From Nageia nagi (Eukaryota; Plantae; Pinophyta), in NCBI GenBank assembly GCA_050084985.1, contig JBITNC010000001.1, positions 558,001 through 622,000 on the forward strand: DNA of 64,000 bases, in the 5' to 3' direction. Position 1 is the stretch's first letter. Each line of letters begins with the position of its first letter. A program made the translations under genes and the position numbers. Below, piece by piece: positions 39,538 to 51,135 of this stretch. The notes beneath the pieces were generated by a model. That model did not search any database, had not been told where the DNA came from, and was given only the letters and a program-made list of their open reading frames with translations.

Positions 39538-40277
39538 TGTTAGAAATATGGATCATAAGATAAAAACTAATCAAATAAGTATAGTTGAAGGAAAATACCA
39601 TTTACCAAAAATATGCCTAGCATTCATCACCACAAGAAGAGCTTCCAAGTAAGAAAGACATTTGAAGGCACCACTCCTATCAACTCAACTCTCATTAACT
39701 TAAATCACAAATGAAGGAGGCACCAAAAGAGAAAAGCAATTATCACCATAAGAAGAAAGAGGCACCATAATTTTCTAAAGGGAAAAAAACAAAGAAAAAA
39801 CCATATGAATTAATGAAGATGGCAAATCTAAAGAATATTACAATGAAATCACTAACATGACGATAGCACTAAATAAGATATCACCACACTATAGTCACAA
39901 ATTAAACTAGCACTATAACATTACCTTATGCCATTTTGGGACGAATGAGAAGGACCACCTTTATTATATAGAGGTGAGAAGAGTTACATGAGTAACTTCC
40001 ATGTCTAGTCTTGCCAAATTGCATTAAAGTGTGCCTAGGTGTCATCGTCAAAACAAAAGGACACGTGTGTACACTCTTAGATTGACATATATGACCACAT
40101 AATATTCCTCTTGAAGAAGAGTTACAAATGATTCATCCTCACACATGTGACAAACCTCATAAGAGAACAAAATATTTAAAGGGATTCCTTTGGAATATTC
40201 CCTTAAAATTAATTAATAAATGAGAAATAATAAATAAATCCTATACCTTGGACCTAAGTAAAGATTATTTTCCAACA
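39538..40277 (-). mobile_element. Solo LTR, 740 bp
   Basis: TGTTAG...CCAACA termini flanked by a perfect 5-bp TSD AAATT (39533-39537 and 40278-40282). A TATA-like motif lies on the minus strand at ~39960-39972. Confidence 0.8.
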
Positions 40278-41029
40278 AAATTGAATTCTTTAAGCTCTAG
40301 GTGCCCAACTATGTTGGGAACATCAATTGGCGATGGATAGCATGGAAAGTTTGTTTGAAGTGCATTGATTTTCAATAGCCCTGTGATATTGTGTGGCCAA
40401 AAATAAAAAGAAAGAAGCTTCATAAGAGCTCCTTACCATTTATTGACCTTGAAAATGAAGCCTAATTACTATCCAACTTAGCATCAATGAGTTGTCTAAT
40501 GTCAATCTTGCTTCTTCATGTTCAACACATATTGAATACATTCAACAACATTCATTTGACTTTCCTCTTTCTTGAGCATGTTTAGAAGCTTTGTTGGCTC
40601 CAAGAGAAGTAACCATCTCCATAAGACAAACAAGTAGATGATGAAAGTCTTTGATTCCATTAACATCATTGAGTCGAGGATATAAATATGCTCAACTTAA
40701 TTTCCATGCTTTTATTTTTTTTCCATGGCTAATAATTCTTAATCAAAGTTTGGTGGCAAGTGCTTGCTTGTTAAATTGCCTCACCATACCTATGGATAGT
40801 GGAAGATATATGAACATGGGAACTTTTGATCATAGAATTGATGCTTCACCACTTGAGATTAGTTGTTAATCTAAATTCCATCTTTGCTGAATGTGATAGT
40901 TGTTTAGTATGTGAGTTCATGAAACTAACATTAAATTTTCATGATTATTTGTCACAAGGATGAAGATCCCAAACATATGATTGCTTCAAGATTCTTTGAG
41001 CCACAATGACCACATTCATAATGCATTGA

Positions 41030-41141
41030 CCACTTTGATTATATTGATGATGCCTTAGCCTTGTTCACCTAAACCATTTCTTCCCATCTTCTTTAGTATC
41101 TTGAGACCAATGCCATCGGTATGTTGGTCAAAAATACCAAT
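41030..41141 (-). pseudogene. G-patch domain relic
   Basis: In-frame IGIFDQHTDGIGLKILKKMGRNGLGEQG*GIINII. Confidence 0.65.
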
Positions 41142-43351
41142 TGGCCATGTGGAGAGTTGGAATACATTATATCACAATTGGTAGAGTTTACCATGTTGTG
41201 TGGAAATAGTGTTGAATATTGTCTCCTCTTCATCTCTTCCTGCAATATGAATAACATCATCTCTTTGACTCGAAATCTTGGATCTTCTTTAAGGCTTAAT
41301 CGCATCTTTGCCTTTCTTGATCCAATTGTGACAATAGGTGCTCCCCAATATATGTATTGATTTTGCAAATGATTTATTCATAGTGATTATAATGTACAAT
41401 AGCCAACTAATCCATGATTACAAGAATAAGCCAATTACAATAGCAATCAAGGAAGTTGATAACATCAAACCATGAATAATGAAATTCTCGATGGTTGTAA
41501 CAATCATTGTTTAACAAGTACTATTCTTGGTTTGAAAATGCCTAATCGTATTTTTTTGATGAATCTCCATCTAGAGATAGGTCCACATCAGCTATAGTTA
41601 TGCACACCTAGATTTGATTTTAAATTTATTACAAGTCATATTTTAGGTACCTAAAATAAATAACTGATTTATGTTCTTTATTGATATATTTGAGATATTA
41701 TTTTGATAATCAAGCCAACTTATATTGGTTATCTCACATAATTGCTTCTTTTGTGGTGCAAGGTTCATGGAGTGCTAAGCGAGGTGACTTGATCAAGAAG
41801 GAAACTTGCTTATAAAAGAAAGAATGATCGAGATAACTATCACAATTCAGATCTTGATAGTCCATACTACATGCGATCGATGATTTTCATCACCACCTAT
41901 CAAATGTAGATATTTGTGCCCTATTGCTATCACTGCCTTTGTACTTTTGTATTATTGCTAGATTAGACTTTGTTACAAGTCTAGAGGAAAATAAACTTTT
42001 CATTTGGGCTGATTTGTTGAGATAAAGTTGTGCGACACCGCATGACAATTATACATGGTGCACCAATGCACCACAACTAGTGCAGAGTGAACATCCAAAC
42101 TTCAAAGGAAGATCTTCACGAACCTCCACAAGTTGAGATTTAGCTTCTTCCTTCAAGCCATGTAAGAATGATACTGTTTGTGTTACATTTTGAATTCATA
42201 TTTGATATGGTCTAGGTCACATTGTTGTTCATTGTGATAATTTTGCCTATTTATTTTATTATTTATAATAGATATATGAATTGAGCAAAATAAATGTTTA
42301 GTATCTATAGTAGCATTACACCTTATCTATGCATCCACATAGTCATGTTAGAGCTAAGGTTGTTTTGAAGGACTTTTTCAAAGAAGAGTGATGTCAATTC
42401 CAAATATTGTAATAGCATTGCTATAATACCTCCATGATATCAAGTCCATGTATAGATAGAAGTTGCCACATATATAATACATGCCCTCACCAACAACATT
42501 CTGCATTAACACAACCTATGTTAACCTATACACATATGCTTATTCCAATAGATCTTGAGGTTTTACCTCTTTGAATAGAATAACTTGGAGTGTTGGCTAT
42601 TTAACACCTATAAAGTAGCAATATCACCACTACACACATAACAAAATCCTACAAAGAGATTCACATTCATTTGTACTAGATGCAATCAACCATGGGTTTT
42701 ATCCCCTTCACATAGAATAAAATACTTGATGACACACCCTTTGCAACATACATGATCAATGAAAGAACACATGTACATAAATGTTGTTAGAGACTCCCTA
42801 ATGCTTGAAACCCTTTGTATTCATAACTTACAGGATTATATAGCTCTCTTACTCTTCATCTCTGATATGTTTATTGTTCATCATCCCTAACCAATTTATT
42901 CACAAGAATATGCACAATTAAAGATGTTTTGAGTAAAACCCATTATGTAGAACAAATCAAATTTGTCAAATTTTGATTGTAATGAATTTGCAATATTCAA
43001 TATGAGGTGTTGAGGATGGTAATTCGTGATTTTTGATAAGCTAAAAAGGTAATTCTAAAATTGATAAATTTGATGATAATACTAATGAATAATTTTTCGT
43101 TCCCCCTTGGGCAATTTTTTGATAACAGGAGCTGCCCCTTGGTCAATTAATGCTCATATTCCTACTTATAATATTCAAGTATGAAACAAAAATAGGCTTC
43201 TAATAGTAAGTGTTAAATTGGAATTGTTAGTACAATCTAAAAATCAACTAAGAATTTGGCATGCAAATAAAGTCGTTTGGCTTCAAAAATGCATATGGAG
43301 CCAAAACATAAGCATTTATGAGAGGGAGCATTGGGCTGGAAAAGTCCATTC

Positions 43352-44292
43352 TGTTGTGCCCTACACAACTCATCCCAAAATTTCGCAATTTTGGGGACCC
43401 TCCACAACCCACGCTCATGTGACGCCTTGTTTTGAACTGTCTCTCCTCGTCTTTGCCTAACTGGAAACCACACCTATCATCCCATCACCTAAGTGTGTTC
43501 AATCGCCCAATCTTGGTCGTGTCATGATGAAAGCTAAAATCCTCAAAAAATGGCTAAGTCTGGAAATCTAAGTCGAATCTTGGTGAAACTGGTGAACTTG
43601 TGTCGAGTATAACCAAGCCAAGTGAGTCTAGGCCACTCCTAGGCCAGGTGCATGCTCCAGGAAGAAAAAATTGTCTTTCTGGGACATGCGTTCAAGCCAG
43701 GAGGATGCCTAATCTAGAGTTCAAGTTCGGAAAGTTGGATTGGGTCACTTCCAGACCCATCGCATGCCACGAAAAGACAAAATTTTGTCTTTTTGGGGTA
43801 TGCGCCAGGCTCTTGGAGGCGCCTAGGATGGAATGAAGGTCAAAAAGAGCTAGCTAGCATGAGACATTTCAAGGCTGGCACATGCCTCAAAAAGAAAAAA
43901 ATTTGACTTTTAGGAGCATGCGCTTGAGCTAAGAGGCTGTCAATACGAGTTTGAAAGACGGGGGATCGAAGCACACCCACCCAAAAGGCTAGTGCATGCC
44001 TTAAAAAGACAAAATATTGTCTTTTGGGAGCATGCACCAAGGGCAGGAAGGCATCCACTTGGATCGAAGTGCAAAATTTGGCTAAGGCATGGAGCCTTGA
44101 AGCCCAAATCCAGCTCTAGCAAGACCAAAGAGGCTGGCACATGCCTCAAAAAAGACAAACTTTTGACTTTTGGGAGCATGCGCCAAGCTTGGGAAGGCAT
44201 CAAGATGGAGAAAACACGAATTATTGGCTAAGTCCTGAGAGCATAAGACCAAAATGAAGCAATTATGGCCATCTGCAACCCAGGGCATGCCC
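43352..44292 (+). mobile_element. Truncated large Gypsy LTR (first ~940 bp)
   Basis: Begins TGTTGTGCCCTAC and is a direct repeat of 58040-~58965. The homology stops abruptly and joins mid-gag sequence. Confidence 0.85.
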
Positions 44293-44299
44293 AAACTGC

Positions 44300-46737
44300 A
44301 TCTCCCCTCAACCACCCAATATCCCCATGACGGTAAATGCAGTCCAACCGAACCCCTTGGGTCTTACATATACTTCTCATTCCACGCCCACCACCTCCAA
44401 TGTTGTTGTTCCCGCTACCCCTTCACAACCCACTCCATTAGATTCCGAGCTCATAGCCCAATTCATAGGCCGAGTAACACAACCCGCTTATCCAAATCTA
44501 ACACAACCGTCGTCAAGTCAAGGGGATTTTGGCAGTCTGTTACGTCAACTCTTGGGGCAACCTGCTGGGGAACCACAAAATTCTGAAGCCTCCACGAAAG
44601 ACCAAGAGCTCTCCAAGAGGGAGAAGGAATTGATCAAAAGGGAAAAAGAGTTGGCAAAGAAAGAAAAGGAGTAAGAAAACACCAGAAACCTGCTGAATAA
44701 ACTAGTAAATATGGGTCCTTCATAGCCTAATGCAGGATTCAACCAGAATCAAGTGCACAACAACGAAAGACAATGTAATCCTAATTATCCCAGGCCAAAT
44801 AGATCATGGAATACTGGCCCTAACAACAGCACAAGCAATGCACCCAACCCATTGGCGAACGACAAGAATCGGTCCTAGGTCAATGCCTTGGATATGGCGA
44901 TGATCCCGCTCCCTACTGGGTGCAAAATCCACAACATGCCACATCTTGAAACCACATGTCCGAAATACGCCGCAACGGCCAACATTATCCAGCAAGAAAG
45001 GCAACATAACTTTAAAGCTTATCCGAGTGACGAGCCAAGCACCTTTGCCAAGCAAGACGAGACCTTGATGTTTGAGGTCTATCACGCTAGGATTGAGGAG
45101 CCAAAAAATGAGCCACCAGAACCCGATTATGTAGCTTCAAAACCTATCTATGTTGTGCTCGAGATTCATAGAAGGTTTAGGAATACTTTTCGAAGAAGGG
45201 AACCTTTGACAGAGCCGAATCCTCCAAATAATTTGCAAGTGTCGCCAGATCTAGTTTCATCCAATAACCCACCTCCACCAAGTCCAATCCCTCATGTCAA
45301 AAATGGTCAACCCCAACCTAAGAGGACAGCTCCCCAACCGGAAAAGGCACCTCCATAGCAAGAGAAAGACATGGGGAAAGGCAAGAAAATAGCTTCTCTC
45401 GATGACAAGTTACAAGGTCTTTCTTACAACATCATTGAGGTAATGAGGAATACTAAAGCTAATATCACCTTCCTCGAGGCTATGGAGATTGACCATGTGC
45501 GAGAACACTCCTGAATTACCTCAATGGGGTGAGTGAGTGCAAGCTAAAACAAGGCACATCAAACGCTACCCCAGTTGTTCCCATGAGTACATATGAAGAA
45601 CCTACCCTAGCGCAAATCCAAATGGCTCTCGACAAGGCCCAAACACACGCAAGCAGTAGATCGATACCGCCATTCTTACTCACTATGGGTGGCCAAGAAG
45701 AATCTACATAACTGTAAGATGGACTTGGGAGCAGGTGCCCATATTATGCCTCTCAAGATTTGCCAAGCCTTGAACTTGCCAGTTGCAAAGAGCCCACGAG
45801 GGATCACTCAATTGGATGAAACGCCAGTAAAAGTCATGGGAATGATACACAACCTAAGAATACAGATTGCTTCAGAGCCCTGTATCATTAGACATTGACG
45901 TCCAGGTTGTGAAGATCCCACCGAAGTATGGTCTGTTACTCAATCGCAACTGTCGAACACTTTAAATGGCTACTGGTCTACTGATTTCAAACATTTATAG
46001 CTCCCCTGGAATGGGGTGTTGAATCAAATTAAGGTTCTAAGTGAGCCATATTTGGTGAATCATATCATTGAATACAATAGAACCAATCTAGTGGCCGTAG
46101 TAGAAGATCTAAGAGTCTATTGTCTAGATATTGCTCCTTCCCTCCCTAGTGATGATAATAGCACCAGCCAAGCCTCTGCCTCTCAGAGAAAGAAATTAGA
46201 AAAAGAATGTTGGACTCTCAGGTTTAATGGGTCCAAATCCAAAATGGGGGGTGGAGCAGGGATTGAGTTGTAGAATCCTAAGAAGAAGAAGTTCCAGGCC
46301 TCTTTTAGATTTGGAGTTCCCCTGCACCTGCAACATGGTGAAGTATGAGGCTCTGATCCGGGGATCAAGATGGCATTGGCCAAAGGTGTGGAAAATTTGG
46401 TTGTCATCGAAGACTCCGAAGTGGTAGTGAGGCAAGTTCGGAATCGATATGAATACAAACGCACTCGTTTGAGCCAATACCAATCGCGAGTGTGGAATCT
46501 CATAGAAGGATTTAAGGCTTCTAACATCAGGACTATCCCAAGGAAGCACAATACAGTAGTAGATTCATTAGCAGTGGCTGCAAGTACCTTCCAACCAGTG
46601 GAAGGGACTAAGGTGAAGAAATTCAACATCCAAATGTTGTATACCCCCGTTGTGCCAAATAACATTGAGGCCATTTAGGTCTCTAATAATGACAAACACA
46701 TAAAGGACTTCATGGCACACCAAAAGGTCTTCACTTC
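44300..46737 (+). pseudogene. Tat-type Gypsy: C-terminal gag, protease, additional RNase H (aRH)
   Basis: CKIHNMPHLETTC knuckle. Protease LHNCKMDLGAGAHIMP. aRH WTLRFNGSKSKMGGGAG...NMVKYEALI...EDSEVVVRQV...IPRKHNTVVDSLA. Confidence 0.88.
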
Positions 46738-49700
46738 TGTTGGTGTGTTTTCCTTTCCCCCTGAGCAAGGTTGCAAGCAATACTGAGAATGGACTCAACA
46801 ACTTAGGTGAAGTAGTGCTACCTACTCCCACTTGAAAGGACTCTCTACCCCAAGGTTTCTTTTCATGTCATCGGGACTTATAACTTGTCACTTTTCTCTT
46901 TATAGCTTGTCTGATGGTTTGTGAATCCTGGAGTAGCTCAAGTGAGGAGAGATGCAAGCTATTAACCTGTTATATAAGGGCTCTAGAGTTTGTTTTCTAA
47001 ATGGGGAATGTCTTCTTGTTTTACTAAGATTCACTGAAACTTGAGGTCATTTTAGGATTTAGAAGCAGCAAAAGGGAAAATAAAAGAAAGAGAAAAAATA
47101 AAATAAAGAAAACAAAAAAGGGGAGGGGGCACAAGAAGTTTAAGTCAAGCTAGCAAAGGAACATCCACCAGTGATGCAATGTCTCGGTAGGTCATCTCTA
47201 GATTCATTAAGAAAAATGTATTCACTATCAAGCTAGGCAGCAAATAGCAATATGCACTCAAATCACTGCCAAACGAGACCAGGAAGCTGTAGGGTCTTGG
47301 TGGAAGACTGAGTGGGGTAAAACAAAATGATGGTGTGAATACACAAGTCTAACCAAATGATATAGAGACAAGCTATACACCCCAGAATACATACACTTAT
47401 ATGCAAATCATGCAATGAATAATTTATACCACTTCACAAAATATTCAACTATCTCCTCTTAAAACTCTTAGTTTTCAAAGAGAATGCACTTAAGCAGTAA
47501 AAATTATCCAAACTGGTAAGAAAATCTTACAAGATAATATGCATAATCCCACGAAATGGAGGCTTCAATTGCATTAGTCTTTAAAGTAATACTTCAAAAT
47601 AGAAAGTAGTTTTTCATAAAGATAACTCTTCTATAGCTCATCAAACTCTTCTATCTAATTGTCACACCCCCTCTTCTCTCAAAAAAAAAAAACTCTTTCA
47701 CAAAATGACCCAAGTCGAGTACTTATAGTTTCAAAAAGGTACCGCAATAAATGAAATATTGCCCTAATGTTGCCCTAAAGGCATCAAATTTGATATGGTG
47801 TGCACACACGCAACACACATATCGATGCAAAATCAGCTTGTCTACATGAATTGATGCAAGTGGCACTTAAAAGCCTAACAAAATATAACTGCCACAACTA
47901 CCATGCATTTAATCTACTTCTAAGCTACTCAAAAGTAAATCAGATATGCAATAAAGAAGTCTAACATTTGAACTGGCGGGAGCAAAACCTCATCCCTACA
48001 CCAATCAAATCAAATGAAATAAAGTCTGACATAACAACCATCATCAAATATGCATTTAACAACAGAAAAGATACCGTAGACAAAATCTATGGGTGTATCA
48101 GACCTAGGACAGATCTGATCCAATACCAGCAAAGTTCCACTCCTCTTTGGTGATGTCAGAAGGTGAGCCCAATCTTCAATGTCCCAATGAGCTATTGGGG
48201 AAGTTGTGCCAAATGGGTCTTGCAAGTTCAAGAGCTCAAAATTATGTGACCTGCATCATGAGGACCGAATGATGCACCTTGGAGAGAATGAAGTGCTTGT
48301 CATTTATATATGAGTAAATCCTTGTCTTCCTCTGCATACGATATTCTAGCATATCCATCAAGTGTCTTAGCATGTAAATATACTCAAACTGAAAACTTTG
48401 AACATCCTGTATCACTTCCCCTTCAACAACTGAACTCCCTTCTCACGAACTTTGCCCTTCATAGACAGGTTTTGCACTGTGTCTTCTATAGTCACGGCTT
48501 CCAAAGATATTCAATCACCAAGCCTTCTAAAAAAGTGCCTCTGGTGTGGAATCTTGCATGATATTCATAAATCTTTTCTTCTAAGGAAAGTGGCATATGT
48601 ATGGCATGCATTTGACAGGTAGTGCTTCTTGGATAGGTGGCATTGCTTAAACAAATGTCAATGCTTGGGACATGTGGCAGGCTTCAATTTGCTATAGAAT
48701 GGGTTCAATGTATGTCTTCTATGTCTGGGTGCACTGTTTATGGTACATGTGCTTGGTACTCTATGAAAACCATGCCTAGTTGTACCAAAACAGAGTAGTG
48801 CTTTTCCATGCCTTAGAAAAATTATGCCTCTAGATTTGGTCGCATCGTTTTGAGTGAGTGCTTTCACACCGTTTTGGAGGAGTGCTTTTTCATGTCCCAG
48901 AATGCATGCGCCTACCAATTTGATGTAACAAATGACAGCCAAATTTTCTTTCAAAATTAACCCCTTTGAGCTTGGTCGAACCGTTTTGGTATGTGCTTTC
49001 ACACCGTTTTGGAGGAGTGCTTTTGCACTGCTTGAAAAGCATGCCCAGTCGCATCGTTTTGGAGGAGTGCTTTCGCACCGTTTTGAAGGAGTGCTTTTTC
49101 ACTCAATGAAAAGCATGCCCAGTCGCACTATTTTGGAGGAGTGCTTTTTCACTCAATGGAAAGCATGCCTAGTCACACTTTTTGGGAGGAGTGTTTTTTC
49201 ACTTGAGCAAAGCTAGATGCCATGAGAATGAAGTGATCCAAAATACAAAATGAACCAGCATGCTGCCTTTTATACTATGTAGTCTCCAATGGACAAGTGT
49301 CACATGCCAATTAGTGCAAAAAGTGATCCAATGCATGTGAGGACACTTGTCTTTCCACACTATATGCTCAATTTCTCAATGACAGCCAATTTTAGCATCC
49401 TCAAGGCTGGTCGCATCGTTTTGAGTGAGTGCTTTTTCACTACACAAAAATGGTGTGCTCAAGTTAAAATCTTAGCCAGTTTTTCCAGAATGAGCTAGAA
49501 TGATCTCAGAATGCATGGTAGCAACCAGTTGATGTAGAAATGCATAATTTCAGACATGAAAATGCAGATTTTTACCCAATCGCACCATTTTGAGTGAGTG
49601 CTTTTGCAATCAATGAAAAGCATGCTCAGTCACACTGTTTTGGAGGAGTGCTTTTTCTCTCTTGGCTCCACGCAATGCTCTAGACAATTTTGCAAACAGA

Positions 49701-50558
49701 ATGACTGAGGCTGACTTTCCTTTTATAGCCTTCTTGATAGGACGGGTGTCATCATATGATAGGTGCAAGAGGGGGTCGAATGCATGTGTTTCCACTTGGC
49801 AACAATCTGGACCCAACACCTCATAAATTTGGTCACACAGTTTGAGTTGAGTGCAAAAGCACTCACTTGAAAGCATGCGACAAGCCTTGATTGCCTCAAA
49901 AATGGCTAAGTCCCCTTTTCTCCTAGTCGCATGAATTTGGATGGGTGAAAAAGCACTCGTTTGAAAACATGTGACAGACTTTGTAGGTTCCAAAACGGCT
50001 AAGTATAAGTTTCTTCCTCCTTGGTTGCATGGATTTCGATGGGTACAAAAGCACTCACTTGAAAACATGTGACACGCTTTTCCAGAAAAATGCTAGGTAT
50101 GAGAGGCTCCAGTCTTGGTTGCACTGTTTTGGGTGGGTGCAAAAGCACTCATTCAAAAAAATGCGACAAGCTGAAAAACACGTTTTTTTGCCTTGAATTC
50201 CGACCAGAATGACTTCAAACATGAAATGCAATGAGGGAGAAATGAATCTCTTCAGCATGAGGGACCCTCAAAATGCAGTTTTGAGATGGAAAATGCAAGT
50301 AGTGAGTATGAAAATGCAGCATGAGGTTGGTTGCACCGTTTGGGTTGGGTGCAAAAGCACTCACTTGGAAGCATGTGACTGAGGAAAAATGCAGGTTTCT
50401 GACTTGACTTGACCATGAATGCGCAAGTTTAACATATTTCCTGAAGCTAGACCAAAATGCATACATTTTCTTAGACAAATGTTACTCCATGCATTGTTCT
50501 TTTATTTCGAGGTCCTCAAAATGCAAAAATTTTTGGGGTGTGTTGTGTAGGCACAACA
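46738..50558 (-). mobile_element. Solo LTR, 3821 bp, nested in the Tat pol gene
   Basis: TGTTG...CAACA termini with a perfect TSD ACTTC (46733-46737 and 50559-50563). The pol reading frame rejoins across it. Confidence 0.92.
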
Positions 50559-50671
50559 ACTTCCTAGTAGATCAGAGAGGAACAAGAGCAGTTGTCTTTT
50601 GATGATCAGTCAGGTAAACAAGATGAATATGTTGAGGAAACAAAGAAAATCAAACTCCTAAGAGGAGTTAT
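50559..50671 (+). pseudogene. Tat pol linker between the two nested insertions
   Basis: IREEQEQLSFDDQSGKQDEYVEETKKIKLLRGV continues in frame as IELERLFDQD after 54542. Confidence 0.8.
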
Positions 50672-51135
50672 CAGTGTTCCACACGCCTGGGGAACGGGGA
50701 TACGGGGGAACGCGGGAACGCGTATCCGGGAACGGCGGGGAAAAAATAGGGTCTTTTGGGGAACGGCAAACATAATACTAGTAAAAATTATTAGATTTTT
50801 AAGAGTATCATTTCCAATTCATTTTTATTATGATGAATGATCATATTATCAAATTTAATTATGTATGATGTATACAAAATTACAAATTAAAAACACGGAA
50901 TCGAAATTACTCAATTAGAAATTCAACTTCATAGCCCATCAAATTAAAAAAGCCCAAGGGTAAACCACTAAACCGTAAATCTGATAACACAATCATAATG
51001 TCATAGGCCATAGCCCATAGGTCTGAAAGACTGAATGAAATACATAGATGGGACATCAGTATGTCGAATACGGAATACGAATAAGTGTTTGAATAACAAA
51101 ATGAAAATGCCAAAATATTAAATAACCACTATAGT

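Noticed and set aside
37634-43351. CATTC found right after the LTR ending at 37633 and right before the LTR starting at 43352
   Set aside because: The geometry is wrong for a TSD and the LTR subfamilies differ. Probably a chance 5-mer match.
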